Positions 1 through 15,200 of a DNA stretch of 64,000 bases are shown here, in pieces. Origin of the DNA: Phoronis australis (Eukaryota; Animalia; Phoronida). Every line of letters begins with the position of its first letter. Within the stretch, counting starts at the first letter, position 1. Position numbers and translations under genes: made by a program. The notes below the pieces were generated by a model. That model was not told where the DNA came from. It saw only the letters and a program-made list of their open reading frames with translations, and made no database searches. The stretch lies in NCBI GenBank assembly GCA_002633005.1, contig NMRA01000055.1:434001-498000 (forward strand). Reading direction: 5' to 3'.

Positions 1-75
1 TGGTCCGACTGACTCATTTCCAAATTTTTCTCAGTCATGATTCCTGAAAGTGTGATCTAACATATTGTTGCCTAC

Positions 76-203
76 CTCCAGTAAGTCGATCATGCGTGTC
101 ATTTGACTGTAGATGAGAACTCGGTGACCCTCATCCTTTAGTCGAGCCAGTAACGAGTCCAGCACATGCAACTTGCCAGCATCTGTTACCAGGATCTCCT
201 TAT
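76..203 (-). CDS. INO80: INO80 exon (helicase C-terminal lobe start)
   Basis: ttcttcag|ATAAGGAG...CTGGAG|gtagg; 128 nt; [43 protein letters not shown]. Confidence 0.95.
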
Positions 204-3200
204 CTGAAGAATAGAAAACAATACACCCTGACATCTACCATGGAAGGAAAAGGAGGAACTCAGGTGTGAAGCAACCTGGAGACAGATGATACTGTCCAAG
301 ATGTCTGACACCTTGGCACAAAAGCTGGGTCCATACCATGACACAGACTGATGCACATCTCAGTTAAGGAACCAAGAAACACATCTTCCTTTTATTGACA
401 CATTGTCAACAACATTATTTAACCCCTGTATTCACTTTATTTCAGGTAAAATTAAAATATCAGGTTGTAATCTTTAAAATACTAGAAGTTCTGAAAACTT
501 TCCCATGAATAATTTGATGGCTAAGAGATGACACGAGTTTCTTCAGGTGTTTTGTGCAAAGGACCACACCTGGCACTGGCAGCCAGTGGCCAGGGAGGGG
601 GGGGGACTCCTATGAAACAGTCGCCATTTAGAAGGGTATTGTACAGCCGGCACACATCTGATAAACTATGGAAGAGGAGAAAAGGACAAGTACTCTTTTA
701 TATCAATGCTAGCATATCTAGATTTAGCAATCACCAATTTAAGTGTATTTCCTGAATTTTCAATTTGACCACACATTATATACCCTCACAATGGTAACAG
801 TTACATGGAATACATCATGGAAAATGAAGTACTCTGGCAACGAGCTATGATAACATGGTACCTGGAAGTAGAGGCTCAGACAGTAGTTGTACAAGTGGTC
901 TTGAGTTTATATTTACCTTGTATACAAAGGTCAAATACATGAAGGTTTAATTACTGGACATGACACCCACAGAGTGGAGTATTATAGACAATAGCTCTTA
1001 TACAGAGTTTAACACAGTAAATTCTTAATGAAGAGCAGCCATTTCATACATCACCTTTCTTTTTGGTTGATTAGCTCTGCTGGCTGATGAAATTTAACAA
1101 TTCGCTCACACGATATTATAATGGGGGGAAGCATCCAAAAGTGGTTATAAGCATTAGACAATTGAATAATACCTTGAACTAGCTCAATTGAAGTATTTGT
1201 ATGAGTGTTTTGCCCACAGTTTGCGGGTACCCCACCGTAGCTACATGTAACTTTGAACTGATACAGCTAATTGAGATGGTAGCTCTCTGTTTACACCAAG
1301 CCTTAATAGTACCATTCCATGGATTTCGATATCCCAAAAATATTTCAGGAAAAATACATGGGATTAATTGGACATATGGTTACGTCTCCGAAGGATTCAT
1401 GAATACCGGAAAGTTAGGTCGCCCCAATTGGCAAGACATGACACTACACAATCAGTGCAGTACAAAGCATGCTCCAACCACTGTATCAGGCGATGCTTCA
1501 AAACAAGCACCAAAGTTTTGGCTGCTTTAGGCAGTGCTGAAGCGGAGCAGTGCCACTGGAGGTGATGGGTGGGGTGGCTGGGGGGATGATTTTCCCTCAC
1601 TTGAAAAAATTCCCATCATAAGGCACAGGCACCTTTCAATCTAGCAAGGAGGGTTATGGCATGACTTCTATTTTATAGTTCTGACCAACAGTGATAATTT
1701 CAGACACTGTTCAGCAAGGAGTGGACAGTGGTCAGTGTGGGTAAAGAATAGGGAACTGGTTAACCCTTATCCTGCTAAGCCTCTATTCAGACAACTTTCC
1801 CTGTGTGCTGAGCTAAGTAGGTCACCACTACCCCTGTACACTGGGCTGTTACGTAGGTCACTCAGATTAATGATCTAACATTTTTAAATTGGAAATTTGA
1901 AAGGAAAATGTCAACTTCACAGAAAAGTAGTCTGTATGAAAGTTGTTCAGAATTTAATGGAGATTTTAACCATATGCATATCATTATCATAGCCTTGCTG
2001 TAAATAAACCTATAAACTTTAAAACTGGACACACTTGGTTTTTATCTGTTTTGGAACATGATAACATCATAGTTGACACTCAAAAACCATAAAAAACAGT
2101 TTTAAAAAGGGAATTNCTTGTAATTGGAGACAAACCAATGTAGTAGCTGTGTCAGGACTTGCATGACTTTCTTTGTTCAATAGCATGTGAACACCCCTGC
2201 ACTTGTCATAAACTAATCTAAATTCTGTTCTCCACATTGAGGCTGTAAACATTGGAAAGGCATGGTTGTGAAGTGAGGATTTTTGCATCTAGTAAAGCCT
2301 GAAGCTGAGGGTCTGTGCGAGTTAAAAGTGACTCTAACATTGAGGAGAATATGGCGCAGATTTTTGTGACCTGCTAAGTATTTTTCAGAAGGGGAATGGA
2401 GTCGATATTCGATTCCAAAATCTAGGCATCGAGGGCCCTGCATATAATAAACGGAAGCAGAAACTATAGGTGGCCAGACTTATAAATGCAACCAATGCCA
2501 GATCTCTGCCAAAATCTGTAAATATTATGTACAAAGATGGTAAGGACGGGTTGGGCATAAAAACAAATAAGGACAAAATTTTGCAAACACAACGGCCATC
2601 TGCAGACATGACATCTGTGTAGTAAGGCCATAGCCAGAGTATTCACAAGTTCTTCCTCGGAATTGGGTCCCACTCTTTAAATGCTGCAAGAATATGAACA
2701 TGCGAAAACAGTGCCAAAGAGAATGTCTCACCTACCAAGAACAAAAACACCATTAGACTGGGCACAGCTGAACCATTTGAAAGCTTAAAAAGTACTGTGA
2801 TCTTAAAAAGATGATTTTTTATGTGAACTAAGCAGCTTACAGCAACTGGGTCTTAGTAGATTAAAATAATTACAATCTCAAACGTTAGCATTGTTTTACT
2901 ACAGACAATTTTGATTAAGTTAAGACTGCTGCCAGACCTATAGGAAAACACTGATATTATCCTCTGTCTGAAATCCAATACACAACAGGGTAGACATTCA
3001 AAATGGCTCCAATAGTCGGATTTTAAAATCAATAGCAATTAGCTAAACCATCTTAAATAAATTGAAATCTGTCATGTGTGTTGAGCACAAAGACACTAAC
3101 AGTCACACAAGAACTAGCAGCCATGTAACCAATGATATGTTTCAACAGTTTTAGAGCATTATCTGCACAACAACAAGCATGGTAGAATAACCAATATAGA

Positions 3201-6200
3201 ATACAATATGACAGATAGGTGAAATTTCATCTTTCCATAATTTCATAAAAGACAGGTAACACTAAACTGACACTTCACCATTTTAAAAATCTTATTCTAT
3301 ACGTTGGCACCAGACAAAGTCTTGGATAGTTATGGTCATTCACAAGAATCTTAAAACCCTTGGGAAAATGAAAAAATATCAATTTTTACAATTATTTTAG
3401 TTCGAAAATGGAGAGATTTTACCACAATTTATCAGACAAGAGATATACAAATTTCAAACAAGAGTAGAGGAGGTAAAGTGCCCAGACATTGTCAGATTTG
3501 TGCCAGTTATTATAAATTTCAGACATTGTCAGATTTGTGCCAGTTATTATAAATTTCAGACATTGTCAGATTTGTGCCAGTTATTATAAATTTCAGACAT
3601 TGTCAGATTTGTGCCAGTTATTATAAATTTCAGACATTTTAGTCCTATTCAGAAATTGAACAAATATTTAAGATAGAGTTTAGCATTTTCAAATTAACCG
3701 ATGACCATATTTTTACTGTTCATGTGACTACACAACAAGTTGACGGAATTAAGTATCAGTCATTATGCGTTAGCAATAATTATTGCTAGAATTACTGAAA
3801 ATAGTTATTTTCCTTAAAGTCCTTATCTCAAAGGGCATTCTAGTTCAAAAACTTAACAATATATACCAAATTAAGTAATATGTAACATGGCATAATGTTC
3901 ACATCCTTTCTGTTATCAAACTAAAAGCCTTTTTAGCACAATTTTGTACATCGGGCGAGATCGGAAAATCATCGACTATTACCGTCTATTTCCGAGACCT
4001 GAATTCCTGCGTGTCAGTTCAGGAACGATTCCTGAATGGCCGTGATGTTGTCCTTGAAAACAGATTGAACTCACTGTGAGCGTAAATGCGTTGTTATTTT
4101 GTTTGGTTGTTTTTGATTCCCATTTTGGTCCTTTTTATACAAACTTGATTACCAATTGTCCAAATTTTACATGTTCTTTGACGAATGGTATTTAATAGAT
4201 AATCATAAGTTTGTGAAGTACGTCGCATCTCCCGTAGCCAACGCTCAGTTCGGTTAATGAGGTCAACCCTGACTCATCGCAAGGGTATGTCAAATTTCAG
4301 CAACAGTACCCGTTTAGGTAATAAATTAGAAGAAAAAATTTTCTTGATAAAAAATGTCTTACCTTTATTGCCATATCATGAAACTGATGCAAAGTACCAG
4401 CCTGAAGTGAGCAATTGCCATGTGACTACCCGGACGTGTGAGCGCACGGTGCATACTTGGCAGCAAATGCGGCTTTACTGGCCGTTAAAAATGTAAAGTA
4501 AAAAAAAACATCCACATACAGCGATGTTTCAACAAACAAGAACAAGTTTTATCTCAAAACATTGAGCTCCACACCTCAGTTGCAATAACGCGCACCTGTG
4601 CTTGATTTTGCTGCATCAACACTGTGACCGGCACACTGACACAGTGACCGGCACACCACCACAGTGACCGGCACACCACCACAGTGACCGGCACACCACC
4701 ACAGTGACCCGCACACCGAGACAGTGACCGGCACACCGACACAGCCAAGTAACTCCCCTGCAGCTGCCGTGACTCTTCGCAGGGAAAATAATCACTTGCT
4801 AAATTGGCTTTGATTTTCAATTATCAGGGAAAATATATATTTTAAAAACCTCACAAAAACTTACAATAGACACCGGTGACCTAAAGTCGTGAATATAAGC
4901 ATAATAAGCAGCTGATTGTCATACAACCCAATGTCCGTTAGCAACTGCTCATGTGGTATCATATACATATATCAGCCTTCACAAATATGTTTTTCCAATC
5001 TTGACCCTTGTTTGTCTCCGTAAGCACAGTTTTGAAATTGTCCCTGAAATCCCCAGCCATTTTGAATGAGGCCCTAAAGTTGTGACCATTTTGTTTAGAC
5101 GGAAATATACGAAGTAACCCAACACAAATCAACTACAGTGCTTAGTTACTCTAGACGACATAAAAACGCATTGCATTGTTTATTAATTCACTTTCAAATG
5201 AAATAAATTGTTATGTCTTTTACACCCAACTTCGATGTGCACAGACGTTTTCAATGAGGTTGTTTACAAAAAACGCTAAGAACCCAGCATCAATTATTTC
5301 TCTGTATTTTATTGCTTTAGTTTACAAAACTTGATCAACCCTGGGACATTTTGATACATTGTTCAAGCCACCCCTGGAGCGCGTGTTTGAGTAAATCTGA
5401 ATGATTTTTAGTTTCGAAAATATATTTTGAAAATGTACAAAAAAGTGAATTAGTGAAATATGCTGTTTTAAGATACATTTGTAAAAAGAAGCCCCCCCCA
5501 AGCACTATTTATTTTCATATTGTGAATATCAACTCGTCCAGGTATTCGTTTGACGTTTGTGAGCAGACGAACGCTGGAAACTTCAACGCTAGATGTGGCG
5601 GGACCAAGCAGAAGCGGAAATAAGATCGTTCACAACTTTAGGGCACTCACGACTTTAGGGCCTCTGACGCTATAAGCCTCTGTTGTCTAAATATAACAAA
5701 TATAACAATTCCACATCGCAAACCTGGGGGAAGGGAGTGTAGTGAATTTTAGTCAATGAGTTGAATGTCGGCAATTGGAAAATATTACAGTGTTGGGAGC
5801 ATGTCACTCATTCAAGGCCCGCGTAGCTAATTAACGTGTTCATGTGGCTACGTGGAGCACAGATGTCCGCGCAAGGCAGGCTAGGCAGTCCAGCTAAGCC
5901 AGGTAGCAGCAGCTTAAACGGGTTTTGGCAAAGTGGGAATTATTCCTTTTACTTTAAACTCAATAATACTTGTATTATACCATTTGACACCATGGCAAGT
6001 TTTCTTCCTGAAGTTATTTCGCCACCAAATCGTATTCTGTAGGCAGTCAGTAGCCCGGCTCTAACAGAAGTAGCAGGAGACCACCGCTGGTATCTTAGTT
6101 TTCGTCTAAATTTATTTTCTATATTTTCGCAAGTTTAATTGTCAGGATATTCTAACCGTATAGCAATTTTTTTTTCAATTATTTTGATGTTGCATGTTTG

Positions 6201-9200
6201 TTGTTCTGTTTATACCATTTCTTTACCAGAGTTATTCACACCCAGTAAAACACGCGTGTAGCCTAGTCCGCCATAGTTGGACAGTTGGCACAGGACTGTG
6301 ACTAGTCCGTACCTTTATGCAAATGTCGGAAAATATTTTTGTATGTATAAGGCATTTATGATTTGAACCATTCATTCCGATAAAACAGCTGGGGACAGCA
6401 TGCCTTCGTCTTTTGTCAGTGCCAGTAGTCTTGATCCGCCCGCGCTGGGTCATCAGCTGCAAGTCCGAGTCCGGCAAAATAATTTCTGTCAAAATTTATT
6501 TTGCCACATCTTCAGTAAAAATTGTCCCTATCTTGGTTTTATTAACATAATGTCCGCTGTCGATTATTTTATTCCCGTTTGCCGGCTGGTAACAGACACT
6601 GCTCCAGTCGCACAGCTGGCGTATTTAAGCCTGAGTTCCTGAATGAATTGTTCTTCTGGTTTCACAGTTATTTCAAAATGGTGGTGTTATCTTCGGGTCG
6701 GAATCATGAGTGACACGTTTATTTAAACTTTCTTCGACTACGGATTGTGTATTGGTTACGGGATAAGTACTGCGTGGTTCCTTATAATGTCTTCTAACCA
6801 TTTAATAAGTGTTAAAAACGTGTGCTTCTAAGACTGGCAATGCCAAATTATTCCAAGTATAAATGCATCACATTTTTAAACACCCAAAAATTAATTCTTC
6901 ATTCAGGCAGCTCGCAACAGTTGAATGCAAATTGTCTTACATTTTTCTAGTCTGATTGGTTGCACTCGCTCACTCGAGAACCAGATGAAAAAGGTCAACT
7001 TTTTAATAGCCTTTCAAGACATAGTAACCGCAAGTTACCAAGATACTCTAAATTAATTTTCTGCTAAAACAACTGTACAGATATGGGGGAATGAACTCAG
7101 CAAGCAGTAAGTGCTCTATCAGACACACCTCAATAGATACAAAACTACAAAGAAATGCACAAAGCCTCAGATCACATAATCTTCAAAGCCATGAGACCAA
7201 TTGATGTCTGTACTGGAATCTTCCATGTGGTTTCAAATATGACATTCTGCATTACCATCTTTTTAATAGTACAATCAATACATTGCAAAAGTGGTTTTAA
7301 CAGTACACACTTTATCAGTCCTCACAGTGTTTTAGGGATTATCTCCCCTTTACCGTGACATGAAAGCAGTTGCATGACGAGACAAAAATTAAAGTCTTGT
7401 CTGTGTCTTTTATTGTCCACAAATTCATGGAGTCTAAACTTATGGAAACATCGTAAGTAGGGTAGAGATTGGGCAGAGAGTTCTTGGTTTGAGTGAGGTG
7501 TCAGAGAGGCAGTTTGGGTGATAGTCAAGAGAATGAGTGAAGATACTCAGAAGGAGTCAGGTGGCTCCTGAATGACAGGAAAACTATTCAACAGTAAGAT
7601 GTAGAAGTTTTGATGAATATTGTTTTGCCTCCAGTTATTCCTATGAATGAATGGTAAAGTACAACATTATAAATCATCTAATTTTTAAATGATCAGTTGT
7701 GAAAATTTCAGCATTTCTGATATGTCACTGTTCTAAACTGAGGGAAATTGTAAATAAAAGGGAAACTTATCAATATTGTTAGTTGGATATTATAGAAACA
7801 AGTGCACATCAAAGTGTGAACACATTTGTCTCACTGCCAGTCAAGCTCACCTGATTACTTACTATAGTAACAGACTACAAAATCAAAGTACTTGTGTAAA
7901 GTTTTTGACATTGTGGGTAAACAGTCCTGCATCAGTCTCTGCCACATTATTATACATTATTATACATTATTATACATTACTATAGGCAGTACAAACTAAG
8001 TAGAGTTTGTGCAAAACATTCTACAACTTGCTATTCAGTTTACAAAGCAACTGAAGAAGAACAGTACAACTCGATTACAAACAACAAATGAAAGTTGTAC
8101 GCTCAAAAATGTTGCATGAAGACCATGCCAGGCATAAATGGGTCTTACAAACAAGAGAACACAAATACAACAGAGTTTAAAACAAAAAACAATGAGATGT
8201 CAGTGTGAACACACGCGCACACAAACTCCTGCATAACTGAGATGACTTCAATTGAACCAGCTTGATAAAGTCTAGTTCTAAGAAGCAATCAATCAACACC
8301 CTATCATAACCATGATGTATTAGGTAATAATATGAAGCATCACCATGGCCAGAAGGGCCCACTGGACATGATCAAATAAAAGATCACAGATGACCTTCTA
8401 AGACAGCTCATATTGCATAACATTCTGGGCTATAAATGTCAATCAAGAATTGAGTGATCCATGTGCACACCACATCATGGTGAGCAGTGGCTATTTTATG
8501 AAATAGTTTTATCTAGCATTGAAAAAAGTTTTAGAATTAACAAACAATTCTTTGCAAGGTGACCACACTGCTTAATAATCAAATGTCATGAAACAAAAGT
8601 TTACCATTTATGGATCCTCAGTTTTTAAAGCAAAAATTACAAAGCAGATGGCTGAAACAGGCGGATGTAAAAGTAAATCAAGAATATATAAAATTAAATA
8701 AAAAAGAATATATTGATGGTGTCTAAATGTATTTCATTCATTTCAATCCCTCACACACCTATCAGATGAAGAACTGTCTACCACCCCAGTTGGTTATCAG
8801 TATGTCTATTTATAATACAAAAAGGGACATCTCTGCCACAGTGAGCACCTTCTCAAGTGGCTCGGTTATCTTCAGGATACAATTTTAGAACAAGCTAAGA
8901 GGGGATATTTTATTTCTCAAAATAATTACAAAATGCATAACCCAGAGATGGTCGATCTGATTCATACGGAAATTTCAGATAGTATACTTGGTGCCCTGTT
9001 CTCCAAAATGCTGTTATAAATTGCTTTTAAAATGCTCCAAAAATTACAAAAAAATCAAAAGTTGCATAAGACGACAGCAAAATTATAATTTTGAAAACTT
9101 TAACAGCATTTTATAAATTTTATCTTGGACATTTATATCAAATAAAATTTAGAAATGTTACTGATAACGTTGTTTGGCTATGAATGCAGCATTTTTGCTT

Positions 9201-12200
9201 CATTTTACTGACTCAAGTGGTTGCAGGTTGGTATAAAGAGAAAAGTGAACTTGTACATACTTACTATCCCAAAATACGATGTACATTTACCCAGTTACTA
9301 TCCCAAAATATGATGTACATTTACCCAGTTACTATCCCAAAATATGATGTACATTTACCCAGTTACTATCCCAAAATATGATGTACATTTACCAAGTTAC
9401 TATCCCAAAATATGATGTACATTTACCCAGTTACTATCCCAAAATATGATGTACATTTACCCAGTTACTATCCCCAAATATGATGTACATTTACCCAGTT
9501 ACTATCCCAAAATATGATGTACATTTACCCAGTTACTGTCACAAAATATGATGTACATTTACCCAGTTACTATCCCAAAATATGATGTACATTTACCCAG
9601 TTAAATTCTATGTTTATGAAGATATTTTGTTAAATGTACAGTCTTGTTAATAAGCCTTTACACTACATGAACAAACATGCAAAAATATCAAATAACAACA
9701 CGTGCTTTTGATTGAAAGCAGCATCTGTCATTAACCTTAACCTTTTACACCACTGGATACAACCCCCCCCCCAAGACACACCAATGCTGGAGTGGAAGGC
9801 CTTTCACACTTCATGAGGAGTTTTCTGACAAAAATTCAAACATTGTGAATAACAAACAAGTGGAATAAGACACATTATGCATTGTACATCTTCATCCTCC
9901 ATCTTAATTCTCATCACATCTCCAGCATCTTAATTTTCTGTCAAGTTAGAAGAAATAGAAGAAAGATTACGGCACTTAAGTTAACTGTGAGTGACATACA
10001 TTTGCACAGGGTGATCCCCAAAACATTTTTTTCAAATTTGGTGGTCCACAGAAGACCTTTCCACAATGTTTTAAGCAAATGAGGCATTTTGCAGTAGTTA
10101 CTTTCTTCTAATAATGTCTTGTTTTGTTTAGTAAAGTGTCAATGATGAGTTTTAGTTGAGTGACTGTAAAATTTAAATACAACAATAACAAATAACAATA
10201 ATAATTTACAACTTCACACAAAATTTTATGTGCTTGTTTCATAAGTCACGCTACCTTAGCTTTCTGAGGAATCCATTAGATGCTTGCACAAAATTAAGTT
10301 TTAAGTAACGTTATGAATTATGTTAATTCTGATCACCAGTGTCACGTGACTCTCTGTGTCATGTGACTCTCTGGGGGCTGAGGCGAGAATCTGGTGCTCA
10401 CTTTGTATAATACAAATAGAAATGAAGGCTGATCACATAAGAAATAGTTGAAGCAGTAAATACCTTATCATATCCCCAATTCATTCCATTGCACACAAAG
10501 ACAGCTTGATAATGTAAATTTCAAAACAACCTAAAATTAGTGATGACAAACAGATCAGTGAATATAACATATCAAGTCGAGCAGAACTATCGATTTCTCA
10601 TCTAGAATTTAATTTCTCCCTATATATAATTTTATGTGATAGATTGCCTTTGTCTGTAAGACTGTTGGATTTAACAACTTATGTAACAGTGTTCAACTGC
10701 TTGTCAAATAAAAGTGAATAGCAAGCAGATTATATGAAACATGAGAGTCTTATTCAACACAATGACATTCAGGAGACAGATGCAAACTATCAAAAGTAAG
10801 AGAGGTGTTTTCAACAGAAATATCGAAAAGTAGGTGATATGAAGCACTAAACCATGGAAATCAGACATCGCTCTTAGAGGAAATATGCAAGAGCTTATCT
10901 GTTGCCATGGTGTGCATTTCAATATTTCTGTCGCACACGATAACCATATGGAGTTGTGTGTAAAAGCAGACCAAGTATTTTTTGTAGCCTTATCAGGAAA
11001 GAATGCATTTCACAGAAAAGCCAATCAGACTGTCAATGCTGCAGCAATAGCTTTTAAGATAAGTGATGGCGATAAAACCAGCGCAGTATGATATGTCACC
11101 ATATGGTGACCACTTGAACATTTGCGACTTGCACAGATGGAGACAAATCATAGGCTCACACTAGACTTCTAAATGTTTTAGACAGATTGAATAAAACATC
11201 TAAAATCTGCACATTTATTCACAGAAGACTTTGTTTTTGCCATTATCCTGCACTTAAACATGTTATTGCAGTGAACATATTTTTTTACATTACCACTTTC
11301 AGATATTGGAAGCAAAACAAGTACGTCATGGATGCTTGCATTTGACTGGCACTGAGAGTAGACATGCGAGTATGTTTCAGAAATTAATTTTTTATCGATG
11401 AAATGCGAAGCGTTCGTCAAGTTGGTGAATTGGTTTTGATTTACCATTGCCAGTTCCTCCCAGAACTCTCCATTGGCGACTCAACTAGACCAAGGCCAGA
11501 AATCTCCACACAACAGCCATCAATAATTTCTATAAAAAGTATTTTTCCTTCTAAAACACTATCATTTGCTATGATAATTCTATAGCAAAATATGATGAGG
11601 ACTTGTTCACTTATGAAATCAGTAGCCCAAGTATTGTGTTGAACAACCTCAACAGAGTTCAATGAACAAGTGACTTTAATGTTTACCACAAGATGGCACC
11701 ACCAATCAATACCTAATCGGCAAAAGCACAGTATTAGACAGCAGAGTATTGAACTATGTGAGCAGATGACTCTGAATGGCAGTGTTCTAAACAGAATAGC
11801 AAATCACTGCTTGTAAATGATACTTAAATCCATTTTGCACAGAAATAAACCAAAAAGGCATTCACTTTTAAAATAACTGAGAAATGTATATTCATCATTC
11901 TTTACATTTTTCCGTTAATTGTACATTTTGCATCAAGTTTTGCATGCTGTCCCCAAGCGCAGGCAACATTTCAGTGAAACGACACATGTGTAACTACCAT
12001 AACTGATCTATGTTGTATTCACTCACCTATATTATATTATACCATGATTATTATGTCAGTTGAACAGCACGGAATGTACAATGACAATATTTGTAGAATT
12101 TCACACAAAAAATCATGAATCAAGTGACAGTAGAGCACTGTTATACTGAGGACCCTTGTTGACTAAAAGTTAAGCCAGAGATAAATTGTAGACTTGCAAA

Positions 12201-15200
12201 ACTCAAACATTTCCTCTTAGTTGTGTTACTCAGTTGACCCATATTCCATAACCATTACCACATATATTCTGTTATGTAATCCCACATGCTGTCAATCAAA
12301 TCCAAGAGTGACAATAAACAAGGTTTGATTGTGTGCTCTCAATAGGGAATTGAAAGGGTCTCTAGAGAGTGACACTTGGCCTCATCACATGAAAGTTATG
12401 ATGATGAGCATCATGACTATAACAGAATGAAATGAAAATGAATGAAAAACATCGACAACCATGATACTAATTTCCATGATGAGATGATCATTGAAGATGA
12501 CAAAATTGATCAAAAATTATAGCCTTGCACAGTATCAACAAGTGCAGCAAGGAATCGGTCAACAAGAGCAACGCAGAGCTTTGAAATGCGCCCACTGTGG
12601 TACTGAACAGTTAGGCTGTGGCCGCGGCCAATTTGCACTCCCGAAATATTAAAATCTAGGGCTAGGCCAGGCTTGGGGGCATTTTTTAGTTAGGTATTGT
12701 ATGTAGACCAAGTGAATGCAATTTGTTTGTATTTGTGAACATGCTGAGAATGAAAAAGACCACTTTCTTGGCTGTAGAAATTGACCGCGATTTCAGGTAG
12801 CCCTCAAACAAGCCAGATTTTCAAAAAAAAAAAACTAGTTGGTTGACAGTACTTTTGGACCACATTTTTGGTATCGGTAGGAAATTTGCTTTCGAAATCT
12901 AATGTTGGCTTTAGTCGAGCATCGGCAGGGAAGTGGTGATATTGAAAAGTGCCGATTTTGCATTTTTTGCCCTTATTTTTCTTAGTCTAGCTTGGTTTTC
13001 AGAGGGAGTGAAAGGGCCAAAATTACAAGAGATAACAAAGTTTCTGTGCTCATCTGTAGGGTTTGTGATGTGAAATGACTAAAAACTTTTCTTTATTCGC
13101 ATGCAGGTCTTGACAGAGTGAAGAAAGGGTGAAGAGTCCATTGACGTGTGTTCCGATAGGCAAACCCCTGCGAGAACTGTACTGTGCCTCCATAGAGTTG
13201 TTTATTTGTATCATAAAAATGGCCACAAGATAGCACAAAATACATTGCAATTATCTGAAAATGGGAACATGCCATCATTTATTTAATAGAAAGCTATTTA
13301 CTAAATTTCATAAAAATCTGTCAAGGAACTTCAGAGAAACAAAGGAAAATAGAAAAAACGAAATTGCCACTAGGGAGAACAGTGTTCGTTAGAGCCGTAT
13401 GAAAGTCATCGTCTGTTAACTTCAATCGTTCTCTTCATACTGAGAACATATACACCAATTTTCAAAATCATCCTTGGAATGGTTTCGTTGATAGAAGCGG
13501 ACGCCAAATAACAGACTCAAAAACAAACAAAAATTGCCCGTTAAGTGGTGCAAAATACCTTGAATCCGTCAGAAAACGGGAGTATATCGTCATCTCACCA
13601 ATAGATGCCTATAATCTAAATTTTGTGAAATTCCCTTGAGGACCTTTGAAGATGCAGAGGTAAACGCAAAAAACTAAAATTGCCACTAGGGGGTACACCG
13701 GTACTCAGATCCGTCCGAAAGTTGTCGTTCATCATCAACTTCATATAAATACACTTGTTAAACTTTGTAAAGATTCTGTAGAGGGTTTTGGAGATACAGC
13801 CATGGGCGCATAAAAACAAAATTGCCATTACGATGCGCCACAGTAGTAGAAGTCGTCAGAAAATCATCGTCAGCCATTCTTTTCATAGTAAGAACATACA
13901 TGCCAAATTTCACAATCATCCTTAGAGGGGTTTGGTTGATAGAGGGGTATGTGGACGCCAAAGAACAGACAGCAAAAATGGCCACTACGTGGTGCAAAAT
14001 ACCTTGAATCCATCCGAAAACAAGGCGATAGCATCATCTCAATAATAGATGCTGACCTTTGAAGATAGAGGTAAACGTAAAAACTAAAACTGTCACTAGG
14101 AGGCACACTGGTTGTTGGATCCATCCGAAAGTTCGCTCACACTGTCGCATCCATAAAGGAAACATATGTGCCAAATTTCATGAACATACGTCAAAGAGTT
14201 TTGGAGATAGAGCAGCTGACGCCGGACGGACGCCAGACGGATGCCGAACGGACGGGGATGACGGCATAATAGTCATCAAATAAGAAAATTTCGATATATT
14301 CACATAACGAATATCAGAATCATTCGTCAAAGGACGCCAGAGAAATGGCTCGAAAAAAATCAATTAAAAGAGCAGTCACTGAAAATCTACTCCAGCACAG
14401 TAAACTGTAGTGAAAAATGGCCTACTCCGGAGAGCACTGAGCAAGATCTAGCCACACACCAAATTTCAGACAAATCCCTCAAGGCACTACAGAGCTATGG
14501 CTTCGCAAAACGAAAAATAAAAAATGGCAGCCGCAGTGCCATCTTCCATTCGAATTTAACCAAAAACAATACGACTCAAGCTATTGGCGAGACAAATGTG
14601 CAAATTTCATGTCCATCTTATAAGAAATGCGACCTGTAGTGTGCAAACAAAAAACATTAACAAAAACATTTTATGACAGAGTAACATTCATCATCAACGG
14701 AAATTTTTAAAACTAGAGGTCGCTATGAACTCAAAATTCAGTTAGAACTGGAATCCGATAATAACTGAAAGTAACTTTGCAACTTGTTTTAAGCAAGTCA
14801 TTGCATCACTTTTGGCTACTTTCTTCATGGACCGAATTTTTATCACTCATCGAGTCCTGAGGATTTGCATGTCAAAGACCCAACGAAAACACTGGTCTTC
14901 AGTAACAGACAACTGTCACCAAGTGAAATCACAATGACCACTGGTAAAGAATTTTGAAAGCTTCCATGAATGTGGGAGTGAATGTAGGTTTTGTTACGTT
15001 GATAGATATGGACACAGTGGTAAGATGAGAGGCAGGTGATGTCAGAAACCTAAACTGAATATGATATTGTAAGTGCATATCTGCACTCTGCAGGCTCATC
15101 AGTACGTTTGTACTCAGTTGACCCACTTATAGAGCAACAACAAATGATCGAGCACAAGCAATGAATCACCATGCCAACCAGGAACCACTATAAACCATTC

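Noticed and set aside
570-657. Exon-like segment on the minus strand inside the INO80 intron
   Set aside because: Its end phase does not fit the next INO80 exon, and the flanking exons join directly by homology.
1760-2790. piggyBac-like element starting ttaacccttatcctgct
   Set aside because: No matching right TIR with TTAA found, so boundaries cannot be supported.
9261-9603. 34-bp repeat array as a CRISPR (likewise the 37-bp array at 3483)
   Set aside because: Units are head-to-tail with no unique spacers, there are no cas genes, and the context is eukaryotic.
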